From: an uncultured Gammaproteobacteria bacterium
GTDB lineage: Bacteria > Patescibacteriota > Microgenomatia > UBA8517
Reading direction: 5' to 3'
NCBI GenBank assembly: GCA_964506225.1
Contig: CAZDKH010000004.1
Span: 3,262-67,261, forward strand
Length of the DNA stretch: 64,000 nt
Shown here one piece after another: positions 1-9,487 of the stretch (position 1 is the first letter of the stretch; the number at the start of each line of letters is the position of its first letter). Made by a program: the position numbers and the translations under genes. The notes beneath the pieces are model-generated. The model was not told the DNA's origin. It searched no databases and saw only the letters and a list, made by a program, of their open reading frames with translations.

Positions 1-99
1 TGGAAGTAGTGATGCAGACAATAAGTGATAGTATAATGTAGCTGGAGTTTTTCTGGTCGTAACTTGTAGTTTTTTTATTAAGTGTTTTTAACTACCCTC

Positions 100-924
100 T
101 CAGGAGGGTTGAATTCTAGAAAGAGATTTGAGTAAGAGTTTTCCATTAGCTAAATAGTATTGCCTTTGCACGAAGGTGTTGGGGGTTTCTTCCAGTGGTA
201 CCTTTGTGGGAATACCTATAACCTTAATTGGTTTGGCCACATTAAGTTTATTACATAAAATATTCCTATAAAATCTGTTCGCACGGGACTCTTCTTCATT
301 ACCATCAGGGTGAATTGTGGTATGTCCTGTCCCAACTACCCAAAATGTCTGATCTCCTTGGTTTTGGTTAAAATATTTTATCGCTTCCGAAACCACTTCA
401 AATGCAGCACTTTCCCATTGGTCTGGAATTTGACCCTTTTTCTTCAGTAGTTCGATCTCCTCATTAGATAAATGAAAAGCTCTCCAGTTTTGTAAAAACA
501 CAACTTGTAGAGCGATTTCATTAGGATAATTATTTACTTTATCTTCGCCTTGGATGAATTTGACTGTTTCATTATCCCCTGAGACTTTTATAATACTTGG
601 AAAAGCATTTACTACTGCTCTAACTTTTCTATTTTCAGGATCTATGGCTGCAACAACTAGTTGAGGTTGGTCGGGGTTATCTGGAAAAAGATCAAGTTGA
701 ATATTCTTTTCTTTAATTTCGTGAATCACATCTTTCACATCTTTTTCATTGGGATTTTCGACACTCCACCATAGTCTGGCTAATTTTTGATAATCTTCGT
801 CCGAAGGTGGACCTTTTCGGGAATACAAGACGATTTTGTGGTATGGGTTATGTGTTTCTTTCTTACTTCCAGATTTTTCTGGTAGTTTACCATTATCAGC
901 TTTTTGGTTTTCTTTTCCCTCCAT
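100..924 (-). CDS. hypothetical protein, possibly a highly divergent GNAT-fold acetyltransferase
   Basis: 274-aa ORF; LVVAAID..KVRAVVN beta-strands and ESRANRFYRN resemble GNAT motif B, weakly. Confidence 0.55.
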   Translation of the reverse strand: MEGKENQKADNGKLPEKSGSKKETHNPYHKIVLYSRKGPPSDEDYQKLARLWWSVENPNEKDVKDVIHEIKEKNIQLDLFPDNPDQPQLVVAAIDPENRKVRAVVNAFPSIIKVSGDNETVKFIQGEDKVNNYPNEIALQVVFLQNWRAFHLSNEEIELLKKKGQIPDQWESAAFEVVSEAIKYFNQNQGDQTFWVVGTGHTTIHPDGNEEESRANRFYRNILCNKLNVAKPIKVIGIPTKVPLEETPNTFVQRQYYLANGKLLLKSLSRIQPS

Positions 925-1033
925 ATTTTCAAATATACCTCGGAATCTGGCAAAAGTAAAAAGTTAAATAGGGATATTTTATTTGACGGAGAATTTTTTT
1001 GACAATAAAATTGACCTGTAGTAATATTGCGAT

Positions 1034-1294
1034 ATGAGTGAAAGTATGAGTAACAGGACTTGTGGAAGTTATTTATGTGAAGGCTTCCAAACAGGTGTTT
1101 GTGCTTTGGCCGAGCAGATTAGATATCAAGCTGAGCATGGCGCGCCTAAAGGTGGCTGGAGTGTGGAAACATGGTAAAACTACATTGAAAGGTGTAGAAA
1201 AGCTTTGCGAGTTTGTGCCAATCCTGGCCAACTTCGGGAAGCAATAGAGAATGTAAAGCCTGAATTTCCAGGTGGTGAAAGAGAAAATGCTTGA
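1034..1294 (+). pseudogene. small Cys-containing protein gene with one in-frame stop
   Basis: ATG 1034 after TAATAT; MSESMSNRTCGSYLC...ETW, TAA at 1175-1177, frame continues NYIERCRKALRVC...ENA to TGA 1292-1294, which overlaps the next ATG. Confidence 0.5.
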
Positions 1295-1610
1295 AACACC
1301 AAAAAGAGGATTTAACTACCAAGGTTTCTTAGAAAATCTATCTAAACCCACTCCGGGACACTGTGATAAGAATGGAAACTTGCTTCCAGAAAATTTTGCC
1401 ATGGAAATTGACAATAGAATCACGGACATCACTTTGCAGCGAAATTTATTTAGAATAGATGATGTTCAAGTACTGGAGTGTTTGAAAAAAGTAAAAGGCT
1501 ATCTTCCTTTTGGGGCTCTTGAAATCTTTAAAAATAAAATTAAAAATTCCTTTGAAAATGGTGATGAAATGGTAAGACAAATCTTTCCGTCTACTTCTGA
1601 ACAAAACTGA
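1287..1610 (+). CDS. hypothetical protein
   Basis: ORF track 1272..1610; ATG 1287 overlaps the upstream stop. Confidence 0.55.
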   Translation: MLETPKRGFNYQGFLENLSKPTPGHCDKNGNLLPENFAMEIDNRITDITLQRNLFRIDDVQVLECLKKVKGYLPFGALEIFKNKIKNSFENGDEMVRQIFPSTSEQN

Positions 1611-1668
1611 CTATGTGCAAATGCGGAAATGACAAGGAGATATTAACTTTCCAGAGTCCTCTGATAAT

Positions 1669-1714
1669 GAGTAATACTTATTGACAGAGTAATACTTATT
1701 AGGGTAGTATTACT
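1669..1714 (+). promoter_or_regulatory. vapBC promoter with autoregulatory operator repeats
   Basis: TTGACA 1681-1686 and TAGTAT 1705-1710; GAGTAATACTTATT at 1669-1682 and 1687-1700; inverted AGTATTACT 1706-1714. Confidence 0.75.
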
Positions 1715-1719
1715 TTATT

Positions 1720-1959
1720 ATGCAAATAGTTTCTGTGACCCAAAAAGGCCAAGTAACAATCCCTAAAAAAATGCGGGATAAACTCGGCATTAAAACAAAT
1801 AACAAAGTGATCATTAAGCAGGCAAAAGATCATATCAAAATTTTACCTCCAGAGCCAGATTTGGTTGATCTTGCAGGAACATTTGTTCCGCGGGCAAACA
1901 AAGGCAAGAGTGCCCTTAAGGCTCGTGAGTATATGCAAAGGCACTACGAGAGGGTTTAA
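1720..1959 (+). CDS. AbrB/MazE/SpoVT-family antitoxin (VapB-like)
   Basis: VTQKGQVTIPKKMRDKLGI AbrB signature; abuts a PIN gene. Confidence 0.9.
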   Translation: MQIVSVTQKGQVTIPKKMRDKLGIKTNNKVIIKQAKDHIKILPPEPDLVDLAGTFVPRANKGKSALKAREYMQRHYERV

Positions 1960-2388
1960 GTGATTTACTTTTTGGACACAAATATTTTCCTCAGGGTGCT
2001 TAACAAAAAGGATAATCTAACAGCTCATCTTGAATCTACAGATTTATTAAAAGACATTAAACAGAGAAAGATTAAGGCAGTAACTTCAAACATTGTTCTT
2101 TCAGAGATCGTTTGGACCATGCAGAGATTTTATGAATTTCCAAAGGAAGAAATAGTTTTAGCCTTAAATTCAATATACAACTTATCAATTTCCATGAATG
2201 ATAACTTCCAGACTGCAAGAGCAATCAAATTATTTAAAACTATGAATGTAAAGTTTGTTGATTGTTTGATTGCTTCAATACCGCAAATTCATGAATGTAA
2301 ATGGACCATTGTTTCATATGATAAGGATTTTGATAAGTTGGGAGTGATAAGAAAAGAACCAAAAGAGGTTACTAGAGGCCTTAATTGA
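1960..2388 (+). CDS. PIN-domain toxin (VapC-like)
   Basis: FLDTNIF...E...FVDCLI...SYDKDF PIN acidic residues. Confidence 0.9.
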   Translation: MIYFLDTNIFLRVLNKKDNLTAHLESTDLLKDIKQRKIKAVTSNIVLSEIVWTMQRFYEFPKEEIVLALNSIYNLSISMNDNFQTARAIKLFKTMNVKFVDCLIASIPQIHECKWTIVSYDKDFDKLGVIRKEPKEVTRGLN

Positions 2389-2419
2389 TTTACAGCTTCA
2401 CAGAGGGGCCCATGGTAGA
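2381..2419 (-). repeat. relic duplicate of the rplA 3' end
   Basis: 33/39 nt identical to 4175-4213; reads STMGPSVKL*IN* vs STMGPSVKLQIN*. Confidence 0.85.
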
Positions 2420-2431
2420 TTTGGCGAAAGA

Positions 2432-2504
2432 ATTTAACTACCAAATTTTCCCACCCACTTCAAGATTAAACTGATTACCTGCAAATGCGGAAACGACAAG
2501 AAGA
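2432..2504 (+). pseudogene. internally deleted relic paralog of the 1287..1610 gene plus its downstream flank
   Basis: ATTTAACTACCAA shared with 1310-1322; QIFPPTSRLN* vs QIFPSTSEQN*; 2468-2504 matches 1604-1640 at 32/37 nt. Confidence 0.7.
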
Positions 2505-2546
2505 ACTAGGCAGTGAGAACCCATCCTTTGATGAGAGAAAGGTACG

Positions 2547-3181
2547 CTAGGAAGTTGTTGGGATTATTATCAAAGCTTCCAAAAAACTTTTGGCAATTGA
2601 GGCAGCAAGTTGCATACTTCCATTCAAATCACGTGGGGGAATGACCTTTGGAACGCGATAACTAACTTCATAAACAGGAAGATCTCTGTTTTTGCCAAGC
2701 ATGGGTTTTTTGGTGATTTCTATTTTTAATTCTTTCCCCTCTATTGAACTTTCCATTGTGACTTTTTTGATAATACCTTTTTGAGTCCTTTCAACTCTAA
2801 CATAAATACGAGTCCTTTCTTTTTCTTCCCACCTCCATGCAATAGTAGGTCCTTTTCCAACAAACGTCCCCTTTTCCACAAACACACCCTCTTTGTAGTT
2901 CAGCGAAATTGGCACCGATAACCGGATTTCTTCCCTAATCGCTACCGGAGATTTTTTTAAGGAATTCTGCCATATCATTAATATCTTTTTGTTGCAAAGA
3001 TCCCGGCCGAAGACTGTCATAGTATATTGCCACAGGCAGAAGATTTTCTCTCTTACATACTACATACATAAAGAGGGTTCTTGCTGTTGTGCGGATCAAA
3101 ATTCGGGTCTATAGTTTGTTCAACCAGACTTTTTATAGTTCTTAATTGTTTTACTTCAAAAGTTTCTCTAGATCTAGGCAT
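2547..3181 (-). pseudogene. frameshifted hypothetical gene (the ORF track shows only 2547..3020)
   Basis: TATAAT 7 nt before ATG 3181; MPRSRETFEVKQL... stops early and protein-like frames continue into the 157-aa ORF. Confidence 0.5.
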
Positions 3182-3541
3182 TTGCCGAATTATAGCAGAA
3201 AACACACACTGGAGTTGATGTATTTGTAAACAACCTTCACATTTTTCTGGGTTAGCTTGTTTGTGGATAGAGTGTAATACATTTACCTAACCAGAAAACA
3301 GCCTGAACAGATTTTCCAAAAAGTACCCGTCCTATACAAAAATTTGATTTTTGTTGAAGAAATTCTATAATAGCAGCAATACAAAAAAGGTGGTTTTGGG
3401 TATGTTAGAAAAAGTTGTAAGAAATTGGACAAAAACATAAGATTGTGTTATAAATTCAGAACAAAAGGTATTTTTTTTATCTCTAATTTTTCTTACTAAG
3501 GAGTAAATTATGAGTTTTAACTTTCGTAGTTATCATTAATT

Positions 3542-4174
3542 ATGAATGAAAGAGAACAGGGAAGACTACGGAGAATAAGACAAGCGGCAGCTTTATTTTT
3601 ATTGGCTGCAGTATTGGGGTATCAGTTAAGGGTTATTTGGGAAAGATCAGAAGATACTCCAGCAAGTGAGCCATGTCCCCCATGTCCACCCACAAGTATT
3701 CCTGCACCCTCAGGAGGAAGGGAAACACAAGTGATCCCAGAGCAGATTTGGAAAATTTATGAATTAATTTATTCTTTGGCAGGTAAGGGTTTTATTGTTC
3801 ATGTTCCATATCCAAATACACTTAATTTTATCCCTGGAGTTACAGAATTAGATGGAAAAGTATATGACCTTTTTTTCAATCCTCCGGAGTTGCAAGTTCT
3901 TGGAGATGTTTTATATATGCTTAATGAAGAAGGGATTAGCGGTTCAGAAATTGCGCAGAGGTTTGGATCTTCTAAAGATGTGAGAGTTGCGGTGACTGAT
4001 AGAAGAAGACACCTGCCCTATCTTTATCCCTCGGAGGGGGAAGGGTTAATTCCATTTTTTCTTCCAATTTATGATAAAGGAGTAGGCATTCTTATTGCTC
4101 CAGAAGGGGAGGTTACAATTGTAATTTACACGGATGGAAATTGGGTAGAAGGAATAAGGGAGTTTGTTCCATAA
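3542..4174 (+). CDS. hypothetical membrane-anchored protein
   Basis: N-terminal TM helix and Pro-rich linker (PCPPCPPTSIPAP); stop abuts the rplA stop. Confidence 0.7.
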   Translation: MNEREQGRLRRIRQAAALFLLAAVLGYQLRVIWERSEDTPASEPCPPCPPTSIPAPSGGRETQVIPEQIWKIYELIYSLAGKGFIVHVPYPNTLNFIPGVTELDGKVYDLFFNPPELQVLGDVLYMLNEEGISGSEIAQRFGSSKDVRVAVTDRRRHLPYLYPSEGEGLIPFFLPIYDKGVGILIAPEGEVTIVIYTDGNWVEGIREFVP

Positions 4175-4945
4175 CTAGTTTATTTGCAGCTTCACAGAGG
4201 GACCCATGGTGGAGGTCAGATAGGCTTTAAGAATTTGGTTTTTAAAAGCTACCAAGACAGCTTCTATATTTTCGATAAGTTTTTTATCGTCTTGACTGAA
4301 TTTTCCAACAGTGGTGTGAATAAGGGGAGCGTTTTTTTCTGTTTTCAAAGTCAGAGAGTTTGCGGAAAACTTTTTTGCATCATCTTCGGATTTAATTAGG
4401 GTTTGATTTTTTGGATTTGGCATAAGCCCCTTTGGACCCAAAATTTTTGCAAAAGGAACTAATTTTGGCATAAAATCGGGAGTTGCTAAAAGAACGTCAA
4501 AATCAATTTCTCCTGTCTCCAGTTTCTTTATAGTCGCTTCAGATGCAATCTCTATTTTTTTTTGTTTTCCCCATCTGTGAGGCAGTTCTATTGTTTCTGA
4601 TAGACCTTCTTTTTTGACCACCAGGTGAAGCTCAATAGTTGCGTCAAATTTTGAGTACGAGGTTTCTTTGACCAGTTTAACAGCCTCGGGAAGCCCATAA
4701 AGTTTATTTTTATCAATCTTTGCCTTTGCTTCAAGATATTTTTTGCCTCTTGTTTTTACCTTTTTAGCTTTTTTAACAACTTTTTCCTCCTCGGTTTTGG
4801 GGGCAGACGGCAATGGTTCTGCTTCAACAATTTTAATTCTTTGTCCGCCTTTTAGGCCAGAAATATGAACTTTGTCAGGCTTTTTGACTTCTTTTTTGCT
4901 TTTTTGTGTCTCGTCTCCGATAAAAACTGTTTTTGTTTTTCCCAT
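4175..4945 (-). CDS. rplA: 50S ribosomal protein L1
   Basis: KFDATIELH, LGPKGLMPNPK, STMGPSVK; Lys-rich N-terminal extension. Confidence 0.97.
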   Translation of the reverse strand: MGKTKTVFIGDETQKSKKEVKKPDKVHISGLKGGQRIKIVEAEPLPSAPKTEEEKVVKKAKKVKTRGKKYLEAKAKIDKNKLYGLPEAVKLVKETSYSKFDATIELHLVVKKEGLSETIELPHRWGKQKKIEIASEATIKKLETGEIDFDVLLATPDFMPKLVPFAKILGPKGLMPNPKNQTLIKSEDDAKKFSANSLTLKTEKNAPLIHTTVGKFSQDDKKLIENIEAVLVAFKNQILKAYLTSTMGPSVKLQIN

Positions 4946-4949
4946 GTAA

Positions 4950-5049
4950 TTTAAATTCGAAATCTCAAATTTTAAATTCGAAATAATATTTTAAATTTAA
5001 ATATTTAAACATTTTATTTGTTTGATGTTTGGTGCTTCATATTTTGAAT
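4950..5049. repeat. AT-rich degenerate heptamer repeat with roughly inverted arms
   Basis: aaattcg aaatctc aaatttt aaattcg ... tttgatg tttggtg cttcata ttttgaa. Confidence 0.65.
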
Positions 5050-5472
5050 TTATTCAATGGTAACACCCATAGAACGTGCTGTTCCTTCTACGATTTTTAT
5101 TGCAGCTTCTAAGTCATCAGTATTTAAATCAGCCATTTTTTCTTTGGCAATTTCTTCAACTTGCGTCTTGGTTAATTTTCCAACTTTGTCCCGATTGGGT
5201 GCGCCTGACCCTTTTTGCAAATTTATTGCCTTTTTAATCATCTCAGTTACTGGAGCTTTTTTTATTTCAAAATCAAACGATCTGTCCTCATAAATGGTAA
5301 TAACCGCAGGAACTATCTGGCCTTTCATAGATGATGTTTTATCATTGTAGGCCTTTACAAAATCCATGATAGCCACCCCGTGTTGGCCTAAAGCGGGGCC
5401 AAGGGGAGGAGCTGGAGTGGCCTCTCCTGCGGGCAAATTGACTTTGATAACTGTTTTTACTTTTTTTGGCAT
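5050..5472 (-). CDS. rplK: 50S ribosomal protein L11
   Basis: [22 protein letters not shown]. Confidence 0.98.
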   Translation of the reverse strand: MPKKVKTVIKVNLPAGEATPAPPLGPALGQHGVAIMDFVKAYNDKTSSMKGQIVPAVITIYEDRSFDFEIKKAPVTEMIKKAINLQKGSGAPNRDKVGKLTKTQVEEIAKEKMADLNTDDLEAAIKIVEGTARSMGVTIE

Positions 5473-5556
5473 TTTTTATTTAAATTGACACACCGGAAGC
5501 TTTTTGAAGCTGTTTCGATGTGTTTCATCTCCCTCAGAAAATTTTTTTCCGAGGTA
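5473..5556 (-). promoter_or_regulatory. structured rplK 5' leader (possible r-protein autoregulation)
   Basis: minus-strand stems CCTCGG/CTGAGG and ACACATCG/CGGTGTGT with inner AGCTT/AAGCT. Confidence 0.4.
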
Positions 5557-5599
5557 ATTTATTTTACCATCATAACAATCTGATGTAAACTATCTTCTG

Positions 5600-6499
5600 A
5601 TGGCGAATGAATTGTCTATAGTCATTGTTAGTTTTAATGTTAAAAAGCTTCTTTTGGACTGCCTTGAATCCATCTATAAAAATAAAAAAGACACTAACAA
5701 CTGGCAAATAATAGTTGTTGATAACGCATCTACTGATGGTTCTGTTGAGGCTGTCGAGAAAAAATTTCCAAAGGTTAATCTCATCAAAAGCCCAAAAAAT
5801 CTTGGTTATGCAAGGGGCAATAACCTTGCGGTTTCTGTTATCAACTCCGACTATGTTCTTTTCTTAAACCCGGACACAATTATAAAAGGTGATGTTATTC
5901 AAAAGACTCTTAATTTTCTTAAGGAAAATCCAAAAGTTGGGGCTGTAACCTGTAAAGTTCTTTTACCCGATGGCAAGCTTGATTACTCCTGTAAGAGAGG
6001 CTTTCCTGCCCCATGGAGCGCTTTTTGTTATTTCACCGGACTTGCCAAGGTTTTCCCCAATTCAAAATTTTTTGCAGGCTATACCGCAACCTATCTTGAC
6101 AGTGACACCACAAACGAAGTTGAGTGTATCAGCGGAACATTTTTTATGGTAAGAAGGTTAGCGGCCAGGGAGGTTGGCTGGTGGGACGAGGATTATTTTT
6201 GGAATGGCGAGGATATTGAATTCTGTTTTCGGCTAAGAGAAAAGGGCTGGAAAATCTATTATTACCCCAAAGGTGAAATTGTTCATTTTAAAGGTTCTTC
6301 ATCCGGACTTTGGAAAAGTGCCAAAGTCTCTGTTTCTAAAGAAGTTAAACTTCGCTCGGCCAAAGCGGGAATTGAGGCAATGAGGATTTTTTACGAAAAG
6401 CATTATCTAAAAAATACCCCTTTTGTTTTTCGCAAAATTGTTCTTCTTGGTATAAATCTTTTGGAAAAGGTTAGGTTATTAAAAATAAAATTAAGCTAA
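5600..6499 (+). CDS. glycosyltransferase family 2 (WbbL/RfbF-like)
   Basis: [30 protein letters not shown]. Confidence 0.92.
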   Translation: MANELSIVIVSFNVKKLLLDCLESIYKNKKDTNNWQIIVVDNASTDGSVEAVEKKFPKVNLIKSPKNLGYARGNNLAVSVINSDYVLFLNPDTIIKGDVIQKTLNFLKENPKVGAVTCKVLLPDGKLDYSCKRGFPAPWSAFCYFTGLAKVFPNSKFFAGYTATYLDSDTTNEVECISGTFFMVRRLAAREVGWWDEDYFWNGEDIEFCFRLREKGWKIYYYPKGEIVHFKGSSSGLWKSAKVSVSKEVKLRSAKAGIEAMRIFYEKHYLKNTPFVFRKIVLLGINLLEKVRLLKIKLS

Positions 6500-6500
6500 C

Positions 6501-7457
6501 ATGGACTGTTCGATAGTTATTCTTTCTTTTAATACAAAGGATGTTACCAGAAGATGTTTGACTTTCGTCAAAAAAGCTGTCGATTATTGTCAAAAAAATT
6601 TAAAAAACAAGTTTGAGGTAGTGGTTGTTGACAATGCTTCGACTGATGGTTCGGTTGAGATGATTCTCAAAAACTATCCTTGGGTGAAACTTATCAAAAG
6701 CCCCCAGAACTTGGGTTTTGCTAAGGGTAATAATCTGGGGATGAAAAGGACAAAATACCCCCTCATTCTTCTTATTAACTCGGACACCTTTTTAGAAGAG
6801 AAAAGTCTTTTTGCGAGTCTGAAGTTTATGAAAGGTAATCCCGACTGCGGAGTAATGGGCTGTAAACTTCTCTATGAGAATGGGGTATTGCAGCCAAGCG
6901 CCGGTTTTCTACCAAACCCCTTGAGGATTTTTGCCTGGATGTTTGGAATAGATAAGATTCATATTCTCTCAAATATCATTGGACCTTTTCATCCCATGAG
7001 TCAGCGTTTTTTTACTCAAAAGAAAGAGTTCGGCTGGATAATGGGAGCATTTATGCTTTTAAGAAGAGAGGTTTATAAAAAAACCGGGGGCTTTGATGAA
7101 AATTATTTTATGTATACCGAAGAAGTTGAGTGGTGTAAAAGGATAAAAGAGGCCGGATTCAAAATTTTCTACACGCCTTATATCAAAGCAATACACCTGG
7201 GGAGAGCAAGCAGTAAATTTGACACAAGCCTTTCTCTAACAAAAGAGCTGGAAGGAGTCTTGTATTATTTTCAAAAACACTATCCTTCCTATCTTTTTTG
7301 GGCGCGAATAAATATCTTTTTGGGAACGCTTCTGCGACTTGTTGCCTTTTATCTCTTGGGAGAAAAAAAGAAAGCTTTTATTTACAAAAAAGCTCTTGCT
7401 ATATCTTTACGACCTGTAGGAAATCAAGCTCAACCGGAGTTTCGCGGCCAAAAATAG
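6501..7457 (+). CDS. glycosyltransferase family 2 (WbbL/RfbF-like)
   Basis: [29 protein letters not shown]. Confidence 0.92.
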   Translation: MDCSIVILSFNTKDVTRRCLTFVKKAVDYCQKNLKNKFEVVVVDNASTDGSVEMILKNYPWVKLIKSPQNLGFAKGNNLGMKRTKYPLILLINSDTFLEEKSLFASLKFMKGNPDCGVMGCKLLYENGVLQPSAGFLPNPLRIFAWMFGIDKIHILSNIIGPFHPMSQRFFTQKKEFGWIMGAFMLLRREVYKKTGGFDENYFMYTEEVEWCKRIKEAGFKIFYTPYIKAIHLGRASSKFDTSLSLTKELEGVLYYFQKHYPSYLFWARINIFLGTLLRLVAFYLLGEKKKAFIYKKALAISLRPVGNQAQPEFRGQK

Positions 7458-8034
7458 AAACCAAGACCTTGACTTTGCCTTTTTCCTCATCCACTTCATG
7501 AATAGTTCCCAGAAAATCCGCAAAAGGACCGTCCGTGATTTTAACAGCCTCGCCTGGGGTGAGTTTGGTTTTAAAACGAGGAGCCGGGGAGGAAATAAAT
7601 TTTTGAATATTTTTTACCTCTGTGTCAGAGAGGGGAGAAGGTTTGTTACCAGCTCCAACAAAACCTGTAATTCCGGGTGTTGTTCTTACAGCCAGCCAGC
7701 TGTCGTCTGTGACAACCATCTTGACAAGCAGATAGCCGGGAAAAATTTTTTCTTTGACTGTGGCTTTTTTGCCCTGTCTTATAACAACACGGTCTTGGGT
7801 TGGGATTAGAAGTTCAAAGACTTTATCTTTTAAGCCCATGGACTCAATTCTTTGTCGAAGTGTTTCGGCAACTCTTACTTCGTGACCGCTGGCTGTGTGG
7901 ACAACATACCAGTGTGCATTTTCAGGAGCATCCTTGTTAATCAAAATATACCCCGGAATTTTCTTTTTTCCAGTGCCCCGTTCCTCAACCCCTTTGTCTT
8001 GTTTTTGAACTGCCTGAGAGGTGTTTTTATTCAT
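7399..8034 (-). CDS. nusG: transcription termination/antitermination factor NusG
   Basis: [21 protein letters not shown] region [12 protein letters not shown]. Confidence 0.97.
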   Translation of the reverse strand: MNKNTSQAVQKQDKGVEERGTGKKKIPGYILINKDAPENAHWYVVHTASGHEVRVAETLRQRIESMGLKDKVFELLIPTQDRVVIRQGKKATVKEKIFPGYLLVKMVVTDDSWLAVRTTPGITGFVGAGNKPSPLSDTEVKNIQKFISSPAPRFKTKLTPGEAVKITDGPFADFLGTIHEVDEEKGKVKVLVSIFGRETPVELDFLQVVKI

Positions 8035-8035
8035 C

Positions 8036-8263
8036 TTATTTTTTTATCAAAACTTCCAAGAGTTTAGTCATTGCAAGGTCTAGTCCACCCAAATAAATGC
8101 CAACCACTCCCGAGATAAGAATTACAAGCAGAGTCAATTTGACCACATCAGTTTTTTTTGGCCAGACTACTTTTGAAAGCTCTAGACGAACCTCCTTAAA
8201 ATAAGACAGGGTTGGCAAACCAAAAGAAAACCTTATTGGCAATTTCGTTGCTGGAATTTTCAT
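8036..8263 (-). CDS. secE: preprotein translocase subunit SecE
   Basis: [12 protein letters not shown] plus TM helix; directly upstream of nusG; start chosen at ATG 8263. Confidence 0.92.
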   Translation of the reverse strand: MKIPATKLPIRFSFGLPTLSYFKEVRLELSKVVWPKKTDVVKLTLLVILISGVVGIYLGGLDLAMTKLLEVLIKK

Positions 8264-8399
8264 CCTTACGGGAACAAATTGTAGCACGCAAGGGAGTGTA
8301 ATATCAAGAAAGGAACCTTTAAAGTCAGGATATTAAGTTGAGTCAAGGTATTCCAAATCTACCGGTTTAGAAAAAGATTTTAGTCAGTAGCTTTAATTA

Positions 8400-9338
8400 C
8401 TAGTCAAACAAGTCACGAAGTTTATCTGTCAGCCCAATTTGCCAGGGAAAATTAAAATATTTTTTAATATCGCTGTATTTAACCCATTTCACTTTTCTTA
8501 ACTCTTTTGGGTCTGGTTTGACGTCTTTCTTTTGACCAAAGAATTTAATAAGAAAGAATGTCACCTCTTGCCCCCTAAATATTTTTCTTTTATTGATTAT
8601 ATCGCTTGCTATTAGCCAGTTTGGCCAGTCATAAACTGCTTTATATTCACTTCTTTTGACAACCTCAAATTTATCTGTTCCAAACTCTTCTTTGAGCTCT
8701 CTTAACACTGCTTCTTCAGGTTTTTCACCTTCCTCAATACCGCCACCAGAAAAATTCCAGTCATTCTCGCCGTAGCTGGTAAGTTGTACGATTAAGAAGT
8801 TTTCGTTCTTATCCATAACAACAGCTGAGATTCTTTGTCTGAAATTCATAAGAGTAGTTTGTTTCAAATATTCAACATATGTACACTCTATTGCCCTGGT
8901 AAAATGTGAGAATCTTGTTATCGAATTCTTATCAATCTCGTTGTCCTTTAGGTATTCTCGAATAACATCTCCGAACAACTCTTTGTTTTTAACTCTCCTA
9001 GAAATTTCATCGGGCAAGTGAATTTCTTCACCTTCATCAACATATTGGCCACCATTTTTATCAAGTAAACAGGCAAAAGTAACTAAGTGATATCCTTTGT
9101 TGTGCTCATGTAGTCCTTCCTCTAAACCAATCCAAAAATCGGCTTTGGGTTTAGCTTTCCGGGCACCTAGCGCTTGGTTAACTACCCTCTTTTTTATAGT
9201 CTCTTTATCTAAGGCTTGATTGGGAATTACAGCGTCAACTTCCACACTATCAATATCCACGTCAAGATGGAGGTTTTTCAAAGCTTCTTTGACAACTCTA
9301 ACTTTATATTTGTTTTTAGTACCAATTACGATTTTCAT
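8400..9338 (-). CDS. YjjX/DUF84 inosine-xanthosine triphosphatase-like domain fused to a Nudix hydrolase
   Basis: N-terminal VIGTKNKYKV..ADFWIGLEEGL; Nudix box GGGIEEGEKPEEAVLRELKEEFG. Confidence 0.85.
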   Translation of the reverse strand: MKIVIGTKNKYKVRVVKEALKNLHLDVDIDSVEVDAVIPNQALDKETIKKRVVNQALGARKAKPKADFWIGLEEGLHEHNKGYHLVTFACLLDKNGGQYVDEGEEIHLPDEISRRVKNKELFGDVIREYLKDNEIDKNSITRFSHFTRAIECTYVEYLKQTTLMNFRQRISAVVMDKNENFLIVQLTSYGENDWNFSGGGIEEGEKPEEAVLRELKEEFGTDKFEVVKRSEYKAVYDWPNWLIASDIINKRKIFRGQEVTFFLIKFFGQKKDVKPDPKELRKVKWVKYSDIKKYFNFPWQIGLTDKLRDLFD

Positions 9339-9487
9339 CTATTCAAGAACTTCAATTATACCCTATTTGTAGTTCATATCTTTGTTTATAATTCCAATTT
9401 TTTTATAAATTCCAATACTTCCGGGAACAACTACGAAAAAGGCACATCTGAAAATAGCAGCTTTCCTCTCCCAGTTGCTTTCTGCAC

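Noticed and set aside
1062-1247. 61-aa ORF-track call
   Set aside because: Shadow frame of the 1034..1294 interrupted ORF, which has the better promoter and start context.
3243-3298. Imperfect inverted repeat TTTTCTGGGTTAG / CTAACCAGAAAA
   Set aside because: Single short occurrence with a bulge and no supporting context; could be chance.
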